This document shows, one piece after another, positions 39,086-49,956 of a stretch of DNA of 64,000 nucleotides. The notes beneath the pieces are model-generated. The model was not told where the DNA came from. It made no database searches and saw only the letters and a list, made by a program, of their open reading frames with translations. The stretch's first letter is position 1. Each line of letters opens with the position of its first letter. Source of the DNA: Candidatus Vogelbacteria bacterium RIFOXYD1_FULL_51_18 (lineage in GTDB: Bacteria; Patescibacteriota; Minisyncoccia; Phycocordibacterales; UBA9988); the NCBI GenBank assembly GCA_001823095.1, contig MHTL01000012.1, positions 1,035 to 65,034 on the forward strand. Reading direction: 5' to 3'. The translations under genes and the position numbers were made by a program.

Positions 39086-40654
39086 TCATAGTTTATTAAC
39101 CTCTTCAAAGGGAATCATACCCTGAAAGGCCTTGAGCATTGCGTCTTCCTTCATGGTAATCATCCCCTTCTTGCGTACGGCCCTATAAATCTCCACATCA
39201 GAGGGGTTGGTGAGGATGATTTTTTCAATATCAGCATCCATGGTAAAGAGCTCAAATACCGCCATGCGCCCTTTGGTGCCCGAGGGACAGGAGGGCGACT
39301 GTTTGGCGCGGTAGACAAACTGCGGCACTGCAAACTTTTCGCGCACGTCCGGCGGGAGGTCGGCAACATCCTTCTCCACCATCATCTTGATGCCGCCCTC
39401 GGTAGGGATTGGCTCCTTATCCTCTGGGCAGAGTTTGGCCACCAGACGCTGGGCAATGGCGCAGATGAGCGTCGGACCAATCAAATAGGGGTCAACGCCC
39501 ATATCTATGAGACGCGGGACAACGCCCACCGTATTATTGGTATGGAGCGTGCTGAACACCAGATGGCCCGTGAGCGCCGCCTGTATGGCAAGCCGAGCTG
39601 TTTCCTTGTCGCGGATTTCCCCCACCATAATGATGTCGGGGTCCTGGCGCAGGATGCTCCGCAGGCCATTTGCAAACGTATAATTGATCTCCGGGCGAAC
39701 CTGTGACTGATTGACCCCCGAGACGCTGTACTCAACCGGATCCTCAAGCGAGACCACGTTGCTTACCTCGCGGTCCAGTTCGTTGAGCATTGAGTAGAGC
39801 GTCGTGGTTTTGCCGCTCCCGGTCGGCCCGGTAATGAGTATCATGCCGTAGGGCCGGTCAATGGAATCACGGATAATCTTGAGACTCTTTTCCCCAAAAC
39901 CGATATTGTCTAGTTTGACGAGCCCTTTGTCCGGGTCGAGGATACGGAGCACCACCTTCTCTCCAAAGTAAATAGGGAAGGTGGATACGCGGAAGTCAAT
40001 CTTGCGCCCCTCAATGCGCGCGGAGAAACGTCCGTCCTGCGGCTTGCGCTTCTCATCAAGCTTCATATTGGTCAAAATTTTTATACGCGCTACCACGGCC
40101 TCCAAGACAGGAGTGGGGAGAATGAGGCTCGTATAGAGACTCCCGTCCACGCGGAAGCGCACTTTTACATTTTCCGAGGTCGGCTCAATGTGGATGTCCG
40201 AGGCGCCGCCCGAGGTGGCATGCTGGAGGATAACGGCTACAATCTTGGTTACCGGCGCATCCTCCACAAGTCCAACTTCGGGATTTTCTGTATTTTTCTT
40301 GATAATTTTTCCTTTCTCGGCCTTTGCGTCCTGTATCTCGGTATCCAGTTCGCCGAGCGCTTTGGTCACTTCGCTCTTGAGCCCTTGATAGCTCTTCAGC
40401 ACCATGTCAAAATCCGCTTGGCTGATGCCGAAGATGCGGTACGGCATGCGGCTTGCTGAAGTAATAAACTGGAGCGCGTCGCGCGCGGTGACATCATCAG
40501 GGTTCAACATGCCCACCTCAAGGGCGCCGTCCATAACGCCAAGCGGAACAAACTTGTAAAAAGAGGCCGAATCCTCGGGGATATGCTTTAAGACATCAAA
40601 GGAAACTTTCTTTCCCTCGAGGTTCTTGATGGGAATTGCGATATCTTCGTCCAT
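39086..40654 (-). CDS. pilB: Type IV pilus assembly ATPase PilB (GspE family)
   Basis: Walker A ITGPTGSGKTTTL plus an N-terminal GSPII_E_N-like domain. 522 aa. Confidence 0.85.
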   Translation of the reverse strand: MDEDIAIPIKNLEGKKVSFDVLKHIPEDSASFYKFVPLGVMDGALEVGMLNPDDVTARDALQFITSASRMPYRIFGISQADFDMVLKSYQGLKSEVTKALGELDTEIQDAKAEKGKIIKKNTENPEVGLVEDAPVTKIVAVILQHATSGGASDIHIEPTSENVKVRFRVDGSLYTSLILPTPVLEAVVARIKILTNMKLDEKRKPQDGRFSARIEGRKIDFRVSTFPIYFGEKVVLRILDPDKGLVKLDNIGFGEKSLKIIRDSIDRPYGMILITGPTGSGKTTTLYSMLNELDREVSNVVSLEDPVEYSVSGVNQSQVRPEINYTFANGLRSILRQDPDIIMVGEIRDKETARLAIQAALTGHLVFSTLHTNNTVGVVPRLIDMGVDPYLIGPTLICAIAQRLVAKLCPEDKEPIPTEGGIKMMVEKDVADLPPDVREKFAVPQFVYRAKQSPSCPSGTKGRMAVFELFTMDADIEKIILTNPSDVEIYRAVRKKGMITMKEDAMLKAFQGMIPFEEVNKL

Positions 40655-40666
40655 TGTCGTTTAAAA

Positions 40667-41083
40667 TTAAAGCTCCCCCGGAGGAATAGCGTCATTTGTT
40701 TCAGTAGACTTTTTAACCGTTGTCGGTGGAGCGCTTCCCGCCCCCGGAGGAGCAAATGGATTATCCCGCCCTACTGCGTCACTGCGGAGCGCGCGGGTAT
40801 AATCAACAAAGGAGAGGAGCGTGCCGCTCTCAAGGAATTGAGTATCAATCGTAATCGTGTTGAGCTCGGCGAGAAGCTGGACGAAGGGGTCCTGCTCGGC
40901 GAGCGTCATGGCGCCATCGGCAAGAGGCATTCCATTTTCGTCAAGGGATACAGCTCCTGAAGTCGAACCCGCCGCGACGGGTCCGACTCCGTCTGTGCCC
41001 GGCTTGGTGGCAAGATAGTACCCGTAGGCCGCTCCGGCGATGACGATGAGGATAATGACGACATTGAGGATTTTACTCATCAT
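40667..41083 (-). CDS. Hypothetical pilus-locus membrane protein (PilP-like?)
   Basis: 138 aa with an N-terminal TM helix. The assignment rests on position only. Confidence 0.3.
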   Translation of the reverse strand: MMSKILNVVIILIVIAGAAYGYYLATKPGTDGVGPVAAGSTSGAVSLDENGMPLADGAMTLAEQDPFVQLLAELNTITIDTQFLESGTLLSFVDYTRALRSDAVGRDNPFAPPGAGSAPPTTVKKSTETNDAIPPGEL

Positions 41084-41089
41084 GGCATT

Positions 41090-41674
41090 TTATGGTTGGC
41101 GATATACCTGTGCGGCGACCTTGAACTCGTAGGTTCCTTTGACGTCAGCTGATGAGAATTCCACCGAAGTGATATCAAAAATCTTTAAGCTCTTCTCCAT
41201 CTTTTCCACCAGAGAGAGAAACTGGTTGTAGGTTGCTTTGACGGTAAACGAGATAGAGACGGGCTCGTAGCCAGCGGCAACGAGCGCCACGCCTGTCTCG
41301 CTCGGCGCATTTCGCGCCGAGCCCCCGGCACCAGTTGCCTGCGCGACGGCCACACCCTTCAGCAGTGTTTTGTTCTGCATGCCGATATTCTGGACATAGA
41401 TGATGAGGCGCACTTCGTCAATCGTGTTGGGCAAGACATTCTGGAGCGCCGCTTTTTGTTCGGGGGTAATGGCATTGTACTGCGTCTCCAGCACGGTAAG
41501 TTTTTCCGCCGCAAGCCGCGCCGTATTAAGTGCGCTCTCGAGAACTTCCTTTTCCTGTTTGAGCTCCGCAATTCCGGGGTCGGCAGTTGAACCAGAGCTC
41601 AAGAGCGGCTGGGTCAGCCCAAAGAAGAGCGCGATTCCAAGAATGATAATCAGCACGGGGAGAAGAAGCTTCAT
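41090..41674 (-). CDS. pilO: PilO-like pilus assembly protein
   Basis: N-terminal TM helix plus a coiled coil. It sits between pilN-like and pilP-like genes. Confidence 0.45.
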   Translation of the reverse strand: MKLLLPVLIIILGIALFFGLTQPLLSSGSTADPGIAELKQEKEVLESALNTARLAAEKLTVLETQYNAITPEQKAALQNVLPNTIDEVRLIIYVQNIGMQNKTLLKGVAVAQATGAGGSARNAPSETGVALVAAGYEPVSISFTVKATYNQFLSLVEKMEKSLKIFDITSVEFSSADVKGTYEFKVAAQVYRQP

Positions 41675-42402
41675 GGCGTTGTACTGGTGGCAGTGCTCGT
41701 TGCCGTCGCTGCAGGCGTTGTGCTTGCAGTATATGAATATTTAATAATTTCCGGGTTGAAGACGAGCATTGCCTTAAAGGTCACTCCCCCTTTCTCTTCT
41801 TCAGTAAAATCGGAGAGTGTATAGGATGTGAGAGCGCCTTTCAGTTCTTTTTGGTACAAGTCCTGTTGCTGGGCGACTGCATCATAGTCTTTTGCTTTTC
41901 CCGAGACCGTTACTCCCTCCCTCCCAAATGAGAAACTTGCGTACTGCACGCTCCGTACAGTCGTCTGCTCCAGTCTTTTAAATATAGGTACCAGACTCGT
42001 ATGACCATGGACAATCTGCTCTGCAAGGTCTATCTTGCGCTCCATCCGCTTGATATCTTCCACCAAGTCCATACGCACTTCTGACTGCGCCCGTATGAGC
42101 GCCGCTTTGAAACCGCAGGTATTGCCCGCGCATTCGTCGTTAATTTCTTTATAGAGTATGCGGTGGTACACGAGCGCGCCCACGTATGCGCCAGCAGAGA
42201 CGAGGAAGATGATAACAGACACCACAAGAAGTATGCTCATCGAAGTTGTGCGACGCGTTAGCGTTTCCATTGCCGGAGCTTTTGGAATGAACGATGTGTG
42301 TGTTTCTGCTACTGGTGGCATGTATATACTTCTATTATGCGTCAAGTAAGAGACGCTCTGCAAGCCCGATGGCAACTGCAAATGACGGGCCCGCTTCCTC
42401 AA
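41671..42402 (-). CDS. pilN: PilN-like pilus assembly protein
   Basis: Single TM helix (SILLVVSVIIFLVSAGAYVGALVY) followed by a periplasmic domain. It is directly downstream of pilM. Confidence 0.45.
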   Translation of the reverse strand: MRKRARHLQLPSGLQSVSYLTHNRSIYMPPVAETHTSFIPKAPAMETLTRRTTSMSILLVVSVIIFLVSAGAYVGALVYHRILYKEINDECAGNTCGFKAALIRAQSEVRMDLVEDIKRMERKIDLAEQIVHGHTSLVPIFKRLEQTTVRSVQYASFSFGREGVTVSGKAKDYDAVAQQQDLYQKELKGALTSYTLSDFTEEEKGGVTFKAMLVFNPEIIKYSYTASTTPAATATSTATSTTP

Positions 42403-43513
42403 GCACGCGCGACATGGACGGCGGCGAATTCAGCCGCTCAAACGGATGAGCAATAGCAACGTCTAAACCGAGGCGGCGCACTGCAATATCGGGCGCGCCA
42501 CGGAGCAATGCCCCCCCTCCGACCAAGAGCGCTCTATCCACAGGTCGTTTGTAACGGCGCTGATAATTCACAATCACGCGGTTCGCTTCAGTAAAAATAT
42601 ATTCCACGATTGGCGTAACCGCAACCGAGAGCGTGTCCGCCTCAACTCCGCGGCGCGAGAGTCCGAGCTCGCGTTTAATCTCTTCCGCTTTTGCAAAATC
42701 AACGGAAAGAGACTTGCTGATTGCGCCGGTTACGTCCTGGGACCCCTTCCCGATCGTGTGCGAAATCTTGACCATGCCGCCCTCAACGATGGTCATCTTG
42801 GTGGAACTTGCGCCCATGTCTATCACCGCAACCGGCGCCCTATCAGAGGGGGACACGACGGAGCGCAGTGTGCTGAACGTCTCAATTTCAAAGAAGCGCG
42901 GCTCAATCTTGAGCCCTTGGGCAAGCTTCTGGTAGAGCGCAATGGTCTCTTTGTGGATTGCGGCAAGAAGCACCTCAATTTTTTGCGCGGGAACATGTAC
43001 CCCTTTAAGCGTGGGGTCAGTCGTTTTTGGCAACTTCTCCTTCTCGCCGACAGGCACGTTCGCAAAATTTTGGCGTTCCCGCGGGAGTGGCTGCCAGTCA
43101 AGCACCACCTCGGCAATCGGCACCGGGATGTACTTGCGCGCCTCAATGGGCACAGCTTGCGCGAGGGCCTCCAGCGGAAGGTCAGGCATCTCAACAACAA
43201 GGATTAAACTGGATTTGAGCGGGATAGAAAATGCCACCGTCACAGCGGTAACCCCCGCCTCTTTAAAAAGGTCACTGACAATAGATATCAGTTTATCCGC
43301 GCCAAAAGAAGCGCTCGCTCCAATGGAGAGGTCTGCGTAGGGGCCCACGGCAAGCTCGCCGTAGGTGGCAAGCACAAGCTTCTCTTTCTCGCGCGACACT
43401 TGGACGACTTTAATAGATGAAGAACCAATATCAATGCCGACAGCGCTCTCAACACTTTTCTTGCCCAGTGGAGTAGCAGATAACTTAAAAAACTTCGCGA
43501 AAGGGTTCGCCAT
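42335..43513 (-). CDS. pilM: Type IV pilus assembly ATPase-fold protein PilM (actin-like)
   Basis: GIDIGSSSIKVVQV... and an FtsA/actin-like fold. Start chosen at MANPFAKFF. Confidence 0.75.
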   Translation of the reverse strand: MANPFAKFFKLSATPLGKKSVESAVGIDIGSSSIKVVQVSREKEKLVLATYGELAVGPYADLSIGASASFGADKLISIVSDLFKEAGVTAVTVAFSIPLKSSLILVVEMPDLPLEALAQAVPIEARKYIPVPIAEVVLDWQPLPRERQNFANVPVGEKEKLPKTTDPTLKGVHVPAQKIEVLLAAIHKETIALYQKLAQGLKIEPRFFEIETFSTLRSVVSPSDRAPVAVIDMGASSTKMTIVEGGMVKISHTIGKGSQDVTGAISKSLSVDFAKAEEIKRELGLSRRGVEADTLSVAVTPIVEYIFTEANRVIVNYQRRYKRPVDRALLVGGGALLRGAPDIAVRRLGLDVAIAHPFERLNSPPSMSRVLEEAGPSFAVAIGLAERLLLDA

Positions 43514-43555
43514 GATGTTTGGTAGATATAAGTATAGCACGCTACACTTATCCAC

Positions 43556-44215
43556 ATGGAGTCTCTCTTAAGGATTCTTGATCTCCTTCTCCCGCGTCGC
43601 TGTGTCGGTTGCGGCAAGAAGGGTGTGAGTCTCTGCGGAGAGTGCACAGACGCGCTCCCGCGGGCAGTAGCCGCACCCTTGGATTGCGAAGCGCTCTTTG
43701 ATTACAATCACAAGGTGGTGCGGCGGGCGGTATGGCGTTTAAAGTACCGCGGAGACCGGACGCTTGCAGAAATATTTGGCAAGCGTATGGCGGAAGAGTT
43801 TTTAGAAGAGCATACGCAGATGCTCTCTCGCCTTGCTTATGGCGGGAGAATCCTTCTCATCCCCGTTCCGTCAACACGCAAAAGATACTTTGAGCGTGGT
43901 TATAACCAAGCAGAGCTTATTGCGCGTGCGCTGGCACAAGGCAAAACTGATGTATGGGAGCCCGCAGATGTCCTATACAAGATAAGAGACAATCAACGCC
44001 AGACAACACTAAAGGACAGAATCGAGCGGAAAAAGAATGTGTCCGATATCATTGCTGTAAAAGACAAGCATCTTACTGCCAATCGAATCTGCGTCGTTGT
44101 TGATGACGTCATTACCACTGGCGCAACCATGTGCGCCTGCATGGGTGCGCTTAAAAAATCAGGTGCGCGCGCTGTATATGGCATCGCCGTAGCGCATGGG
44201 GAAAAAATGTGGTAG
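43556..44215 (+). CDS. comFC: ComF-family protein (competence phosphoribosyltransferase ComFC)
   Basis: N-terminal Zn-finger CVGCGKKGVSLCGEC and a C-terminal PRTase motif VVDDVITTGATM. Confidence 0.75.
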   Translation: MESLLRILDLLLPRRCVGCGKKGVSLCGECTDALPRAVAAPLDCEALFDYNHKVVRRAVWRLKYRGDRTLAEIFGKRMAEEFLEEHTQMLSRLAYGGRILLIPVPSTRKRYFERGYNQAELIARALAQGKTDVWEPADVLYKIRDNQRQTTLKDRIERKKNVSDIIAVKDKHLTANRICVVVDDVITTGATMCACMGALKKSGARAVYGIAVAHGEKMW

Positions 44216-44227
44216 AAAGAGTTGGCT

Positions 44228-44315
<88 letters not shown>

Positions 44316-44382
44316 ATTTGCGCTGTGGACGCATAATCCACTTGTGCTATACTTATCTCATTAGTAGATAACTAATGCTCTT

Positions 44383-44517
44383 ATGAGTGGTCAGACTATC
44401 ACATGGATCGTTGTCGTCATCATTGTACTCGCAGGCGGGTACTGGTGGTACACGAGCCAAGGCGCTCCGGTAGAACCCCCCGTAACCGAGACGTCAGCTA
44501 CTGTTCCTGCACAGTAG
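44383..44517 (+). CDS. Small hydrophobic protein (44 aa)
   Basis: MSGQTITWIVVVIIVLAGGYWWYTSQGAPVEPPVTETSATVPAQ, a single TM helix. It is followed by a terminator and is not in the ORF track (<60 aa). Confidence 0.3.
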   Translation: MSGQTITWIVVVIIVLAGGYWWYTSQGAPVEPPVTETSATVPAQ

Positions 44518-44523
44518 TTCTCA

Positions 44524-44557
44524 AAAACCCCGTCCGCCGCGGCGGACGGGGTTTTTT
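44524..44557 (+). terminator. Rho-independent terminator
   Basis: AAAAACCCCGTCCGCCGCGGCGGACGGGGTTTTTT. Confidence 0.55.
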
Positions 44558-44580
44558 ATTGTGCTATTATACGCAAGTAT

Positions 44581-46752
44581 ATGCGCACCATCGGCAAGCT
44601 CATCACCGCCGACATGCCTCTCGGCTCCCTGTGGAGGCTCAATCCTGAACAGGAAGCAACGCTCGAAAAGCTTCATATTGCAACAGTGCATGATCTCCTC
44701 CGCCACTACCCTTCCCGTTACGAGGAGCCGGGGCAGGCAAAGCACATTGCCGACTGCGCGGCGCTCGAAACGGTAACACTCACCGGCACCATCACCAAGT
44801 CAGAAGCGCGCAGAGCATTCAAGAAAAAGACTCCCTTGGGAGAGGCAACGCTTGACGACGGCACCGGCACGCTCACACTCATCTGGTTCCACCAACCCTA
44901 CATGGCAAAAAAGTTCGGAGTAGGAGCGCAGGTGCAGGTGCGCGGGCAGGTGCGAGAACGAAATAAGAAGATTTCTATCATCAACCCGGACATAGAGTTC
45001 TCCACAGGGGAGACTACACCGCTCTTGGGCAGTCCCAAAAGCCTTGCCCCGGTGTACCCCGCAAGCGCGGGAATCTCCTCGCAGTGGTTTGCTTACCATA
45101 TTGGGGAACTCCTCGGGCGTAGAGCGCATGAGAGACTCTCCGACCCCCTGCCCGATGACCTGCGCGCGCGCTACAAACTGCCGAGTCTCTCGGCCTCACT
45201 CTTCTACGTTCACGCTCCCCAGCGTCTCTCGGATGCGCGAGCGGCGCAGAAGCGCTTTGCGTTTGAAGAGGTGTTCTTTCTCAACCTCGTGCGGCTCCGA
45301 GACCGTGAGAGCTACCAGGAGCTCGGCTCGCCGCGCCTTGCCGCGCCGGAAAGCGCGCTTGGGCAATTTACCGCGCGCTTCCCCTTTACGCTTACCTCCG
45401 CGCAAGCGCGCGCTGTTGCGGCAATCCTCACTGACCTCGCGCGGCCGCGCCCCATGATGCGCCTTTTGGAAGGTGACGTGGGCTCGGGTAAGACCGCCGT
45501 TGCGGCAATCGCGGCCTATGCGACAGTGCTCTCTGGCCAGGAGATTGCCTACATGGCGCCCACCGAGATCCTTGCGCGCCAGCACTTTGAATCCTTCATC
45601 GGCTACTTTGCCCATCTCGGCGTGCAGGTTGGCCTCATTACCGGCAGTGAGTGCCGCAAGTTCCCCTCCAAAATATCCGCCGGCTGGCGGACGGAGGAGC
45701 ACACGCACATCTCCCGCGCACAGCTCCTCAAATGGGTGGCGAACGGCGAGATACCGATTCTTGTGGGCACCCATGCGCTGATACAAAAAAACGTGTTATG
45801 GAAAGCGCTCGGCCTCGTCATTATTGACGAACAGCACCGCTTTGGCATCAGCCAACGCATGGCGTTGGCTCGCGGAAAAAATGCAGAACATACGCAGAAC
45901 AACACGAAAAAATCCGTTCCGCATTTGTTGACCATGACCGCAACGCCGATCCCCCGCACCCTCGCGCTCACCATCTATGGAGACCTTGACCTCACTCTTT
46001 TGGACGAACAGCCGGTGGGGCGCAAGCCCGTAATAACCGAGATTATTCCCGAAGGTGAGCGCGAGCGCGCTTATGAGCGCATGCGCGCAGAAATTGAGGA
46101 GGGAAGGCAGGCATTTATCATCTGCCCGCGCATTGAAGAACCCGACCCCGAGAAAGAGCTTGCGCTTGAGGCAAAGTCGGCAAAGTCTGAGGCAAAACGA
46201 CTCCAGATAGACATCTTCCCCGAGTACGAGGTGGGCCTCGTACACGGCAAACTCCACCTTCACGAGAAGGAGCAGGTTATGAAGGACTTCACCGAGAGAC
46301 GGCTCCATGTGCTCGTCTCAACGTCGGTTATTGAGGTAGGGGTCAACATCCCAAACGCCACGGTCATCGCCATTGAGGGCGCGGAGCGCTTTGGCCTTGC
46401 GCAGATACACCAGTTCCGCGGCCGCGTGGCCAGGAGCGACAAGCAGGCGTACTGCTTCCTCTTCCTGGGCAGCCGAAGCGCCGCGAGCGTGGCGCGGCTT
46501 AAGGCGGTGGTGAATGCGAAGAATGGTTTTGAGCTTGCGGAGAAAGATTTGCAAATCCGTGGCGCGGGGACGCTCGGCGGCTCCGCGCAGTCGGGACTCT
46601 CCGACATCGGCATGGAAGCGCTCAAGAATCTCAAAATGGTTGAAGCCGCCCGCGCCGAGGCGGCAAAAATCATTGACTCCGACCCTACTCTCGCCGCCCA
46701 TCCCCTCCTCCACGAGCGTCTCTCCCGAACCCAGACGATTCATTTTGAGTAA
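44581..46752 (+). CDS. recG: ATP-dependent DNA helicase RecG
   Basis: Wedge domain and helicase motifs (GDVGSGKT, DEQHRFG). 723 aa. Confidence 0.9.
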   Translation: MRTIGKLITADMPLGSLWRLNPEQEATLEKLHIATVHDLLRHYPSRYEEPGQAKHIADCAALETVTLTGTITKSEARRAFKKKTPLGEATLDDGTGTLTLIWFHQPYMAKKFGVGAQVQVRGQVRERNKKISIINPDIEFSTGETTPLLGSPKSLAPVYPASAGISSQWFAYHIGELLGRRAHERLSDPLPDDLRARYKLPSLSASLFYVHAPQRLSDARAAQKRFAFEEVFFLNLVRLRDRESYQELGSPRLAAPESALGQFTARFPFTLTSAQARAVAAILTDLARPRPMMRLLEGDVGSGKTAVAAIAAYATVLSGQEIAYMAPTEILARQHFESFIGYFAHLGVQVGLITGSECRKFPSKISAGWRTEEHTHISRAQLLKWVANGEIPILVGTHALIQKNVLWKALGLVIIDEQHRFGISQRMALARGKNAEHTQNNTKKSVPHLLTMTATPIPRTLALTIYGDLDLTLLDEQPVGRKPVITEIIPEGERERAYERMRAEIEEGRQAFIICPRIEEPDPEKELALEAKSAKSEAKRLQIDIFPEYEVGLVHGKLHLHEKEQVMKDFTERRLHVLVSTSVIEVGVNIPNATVIAIEGAERFGLAQIHQFRGRVARSDKQAYCFLFLGSRSAASVARLKAVVNAKNGFELAEKDLQIRGAGTLGGSAQSGLSDIGMEALKNLKMVEAARAEAAKIIDSDPTLAAHPLLHERLSRTQTIHFE
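46721..46752 (+). repeat. 32-bp direct repeat, left copy (3' end of recG)
   Basis: TCTCCCGAACCCAGACGATTCATTTTGAGTAA is repeated exactly at 47307-47338. Confidence 0.8.
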
Positions 46753-46793
46753 AAGATAAAAGAGGAGCAAGATTGAAAATTAGAAGCGCCGTC

Positions 46794-47015
46794 TTACTTC
46801 AACAAGGTAATAAAATCTTCGGCAGAAAGTTGAGCGTCACGTAAAATTTTCCTTAACAGGCCAGTTGCAATTATCTTGTGCATCGGCACAGTGACCGGCT
46901 TACGCTTAATACAACTAAGGCGCACATGACTGCCACGCTGACGAACCATGGTATACCCCAATTTTGCCAGACAATTAACACATTCCTTACCAGAGACGAT
47001 CGGCAGCTTTGGCAT
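46794..47015 (-). CDS. hicA: HicA-family mRNA interferase toxin
   Basis: 73 aa with the YcfA/HicA pattern (...GYTMVRQRGSHVRL...). It lies directly downstream of hicB. Confidence 0.6.
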   Translation of the reverse strand: MPKLPIVSGKECVNCLAKLGYTMVRQRGSHVRLSCIKRKPVTVPMHKIIATGLLRKILRDAQLSAEDFITLLK

Positions 47016-47017
47016 AA

Positions 47018-47266
47018 CTAAACGCTAATGGTGTGGAGGCTCAACTCTTGAGGGTGATATCGATGCAGGACGGCTCGATTACTCTTCTCTTCCAGGCAGA
47101 GGGCAATTACCTCGCGAATATTCTTAAGCGCCTCATCGAGTGTTTTGCCGTGAGTATAACAGGCATCAAAAAGAGGGCATTCCACAACATAAAAACCATC
47201 CTCATCACGCTCAATGATGACAGGAATAGTTGGCCGCCCAGATGATCGAAGTACTGTTTTTTTCAT
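47018..47266 (-). CDS. hicB: HicB-family antitoxin (UPF0150)
   Basis: 82 aa with a HicB N-terminal RNase-H-like fold (IPVIIERDEDGFYVVECPLFDACYTHGKTLDEALKNIREVI). Confidence 0.6.
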   Translation of the reverse strand: MKKTVLRSSGRPTIPVIIERDEDGFYVVECPLFDACYTHGKTLDEALKNIREVIALCLEEKSNRAVLHRYHPQELSLHTISV

Positions 47267-47306
47267 AAAAAAAATTTAGCACAAAAACACTCTGAAAACA
47301 AGCGCT

Positions 47307-47338
47307 TCTCCCGAACCCAGACGATTCATTTTGAGTAA
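47307..47338 (+). repeat. 32-bp direct repeat, right copy (abuts tRNA-Ile 3' end)
   Basis: Identical to 46721-46752. The two copies flank the 554-bp hicBA cassette. Confidence 0.8.
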
Positions 47339-47410
47339 TGGGCGTGCTAGGACTCGAACCTAGAACCAGCCGTGTATAAGACGGCTGCTCTACCATTGAG
47401 CTACACGCCC
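47339..47410 (-). tRNA. tRNA-Ile (anticodon TAT, reads AUA)
   Basis: Reverse complement reads GGGCGTGTAGCTCAATGGTAGAGCAGCCGTCTTATACACGGCTGGTTCTAGGTTCGAGTCCTAGCACGCCCA, with a 5-bp anticodon stem GCCGT/ACGGC and loop CTTATAC. Confidence 0.65.
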
Positions 47411-47418
47411 CTCCTCAA

Positions 47419-49362
<1,944 letters not shown>

Positions 49363-49396
49363 AGAGTATAGCGAAATAGGGAGAAAATGAAAGTTG

Positions 49397-49590
49397 TGGT
49401 GTTTGTTTGAAAAAGTCAGAACCCATTTTACGGAGAACCCTGAAAACTAATGCGGACTCGGCAGGGCGAAACATTTGTCTGGGGATATGGATTCGCCCTG
49501 CCTCGGCTTCCGTCCCGCCCGCAGGAGGGGTCTGGGGAGGAATGCGGGCGGGTTTCGGACTGGGGGTTTTCGGAAATTCGGCGGCTATCA
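49397..49590 (+). repeat. 194-bp perfect inverted repeat, left copy (att-arm-like)
   Basis: Identical in inverse orientation to 51637-51830. It contains GC-rich internal hairpins and begins with TGGTG. Confidence 0.85.
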
Positions 49591-49591
49591 A

Positions 49592-49921
49592 TTATTTTAA
49601 CCAAGATTTGACAATTTCCAAAACTTGGACAATTTGTGTTGCGGCAAGCGCAACGCCGACAACGGTTAGCCAAAAAATTCGCTTTTGTAATTTCTCGTTT
49701 TTACCGTCAAGATTTACGATAGTTTTTTCAAGACTCTGGACAGCGGGTTTCAATCTACGAGACATTTCCACATTTGATTGAATTGAAACCTTGTCGCCAT
49801 AATCGTATAAATGAGCGTTCGCCAATATTTCGTCTGGAAGTTTGGTAAAATCCGAATTTGGCGTAAGCTCGGTGTTATATTCCTTCTTTAGTCGTTCTTT
49901 GATTTGATCCTTTGTTTCCAT
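49592..49921 (-). CDS. Hypothetical small protein with C-terminal TM helix
   Basis: 109 aa with a coiled N-terminal part and a C-terminal hydrophobic helix. AT-rich. Confidence 0.35.
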   Translation of the reverse strand: METKDQIKERLKKEYNTELTPNSDFTKLPDEILANAHLYDYGDKVSIQSNVEMSRRLKPAVQSLEKTIVNLDGKNEKLQKRIFWLTVVGVALAATQIVQVLEIVKSWLK

Positions 49922-49956
49922 TATTTACCTGAGGGTGTTGGTTTTATTAAGAAAAA

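Noticed and set aside
44524-44557. Similarity between terminator hairpins at 11052 and 44524 (shared CGGCGGACGG core) considered as a repeat family
   Set aside because: Only two short GC-stem terminators are involved. The similarity is limited to the stem and is plausibly convergent.
49407-49781. Identical ORFs inside the 194-bp inverted repeats (49407..49781, 51629..51820, 49205..49591, 51636..51854)
   Set aside because: Identity is a consequence of the DNA repeat. The translations are Pro/Gly/Arg-rich with no start context, so they are treated as non-coding repeat sequence.
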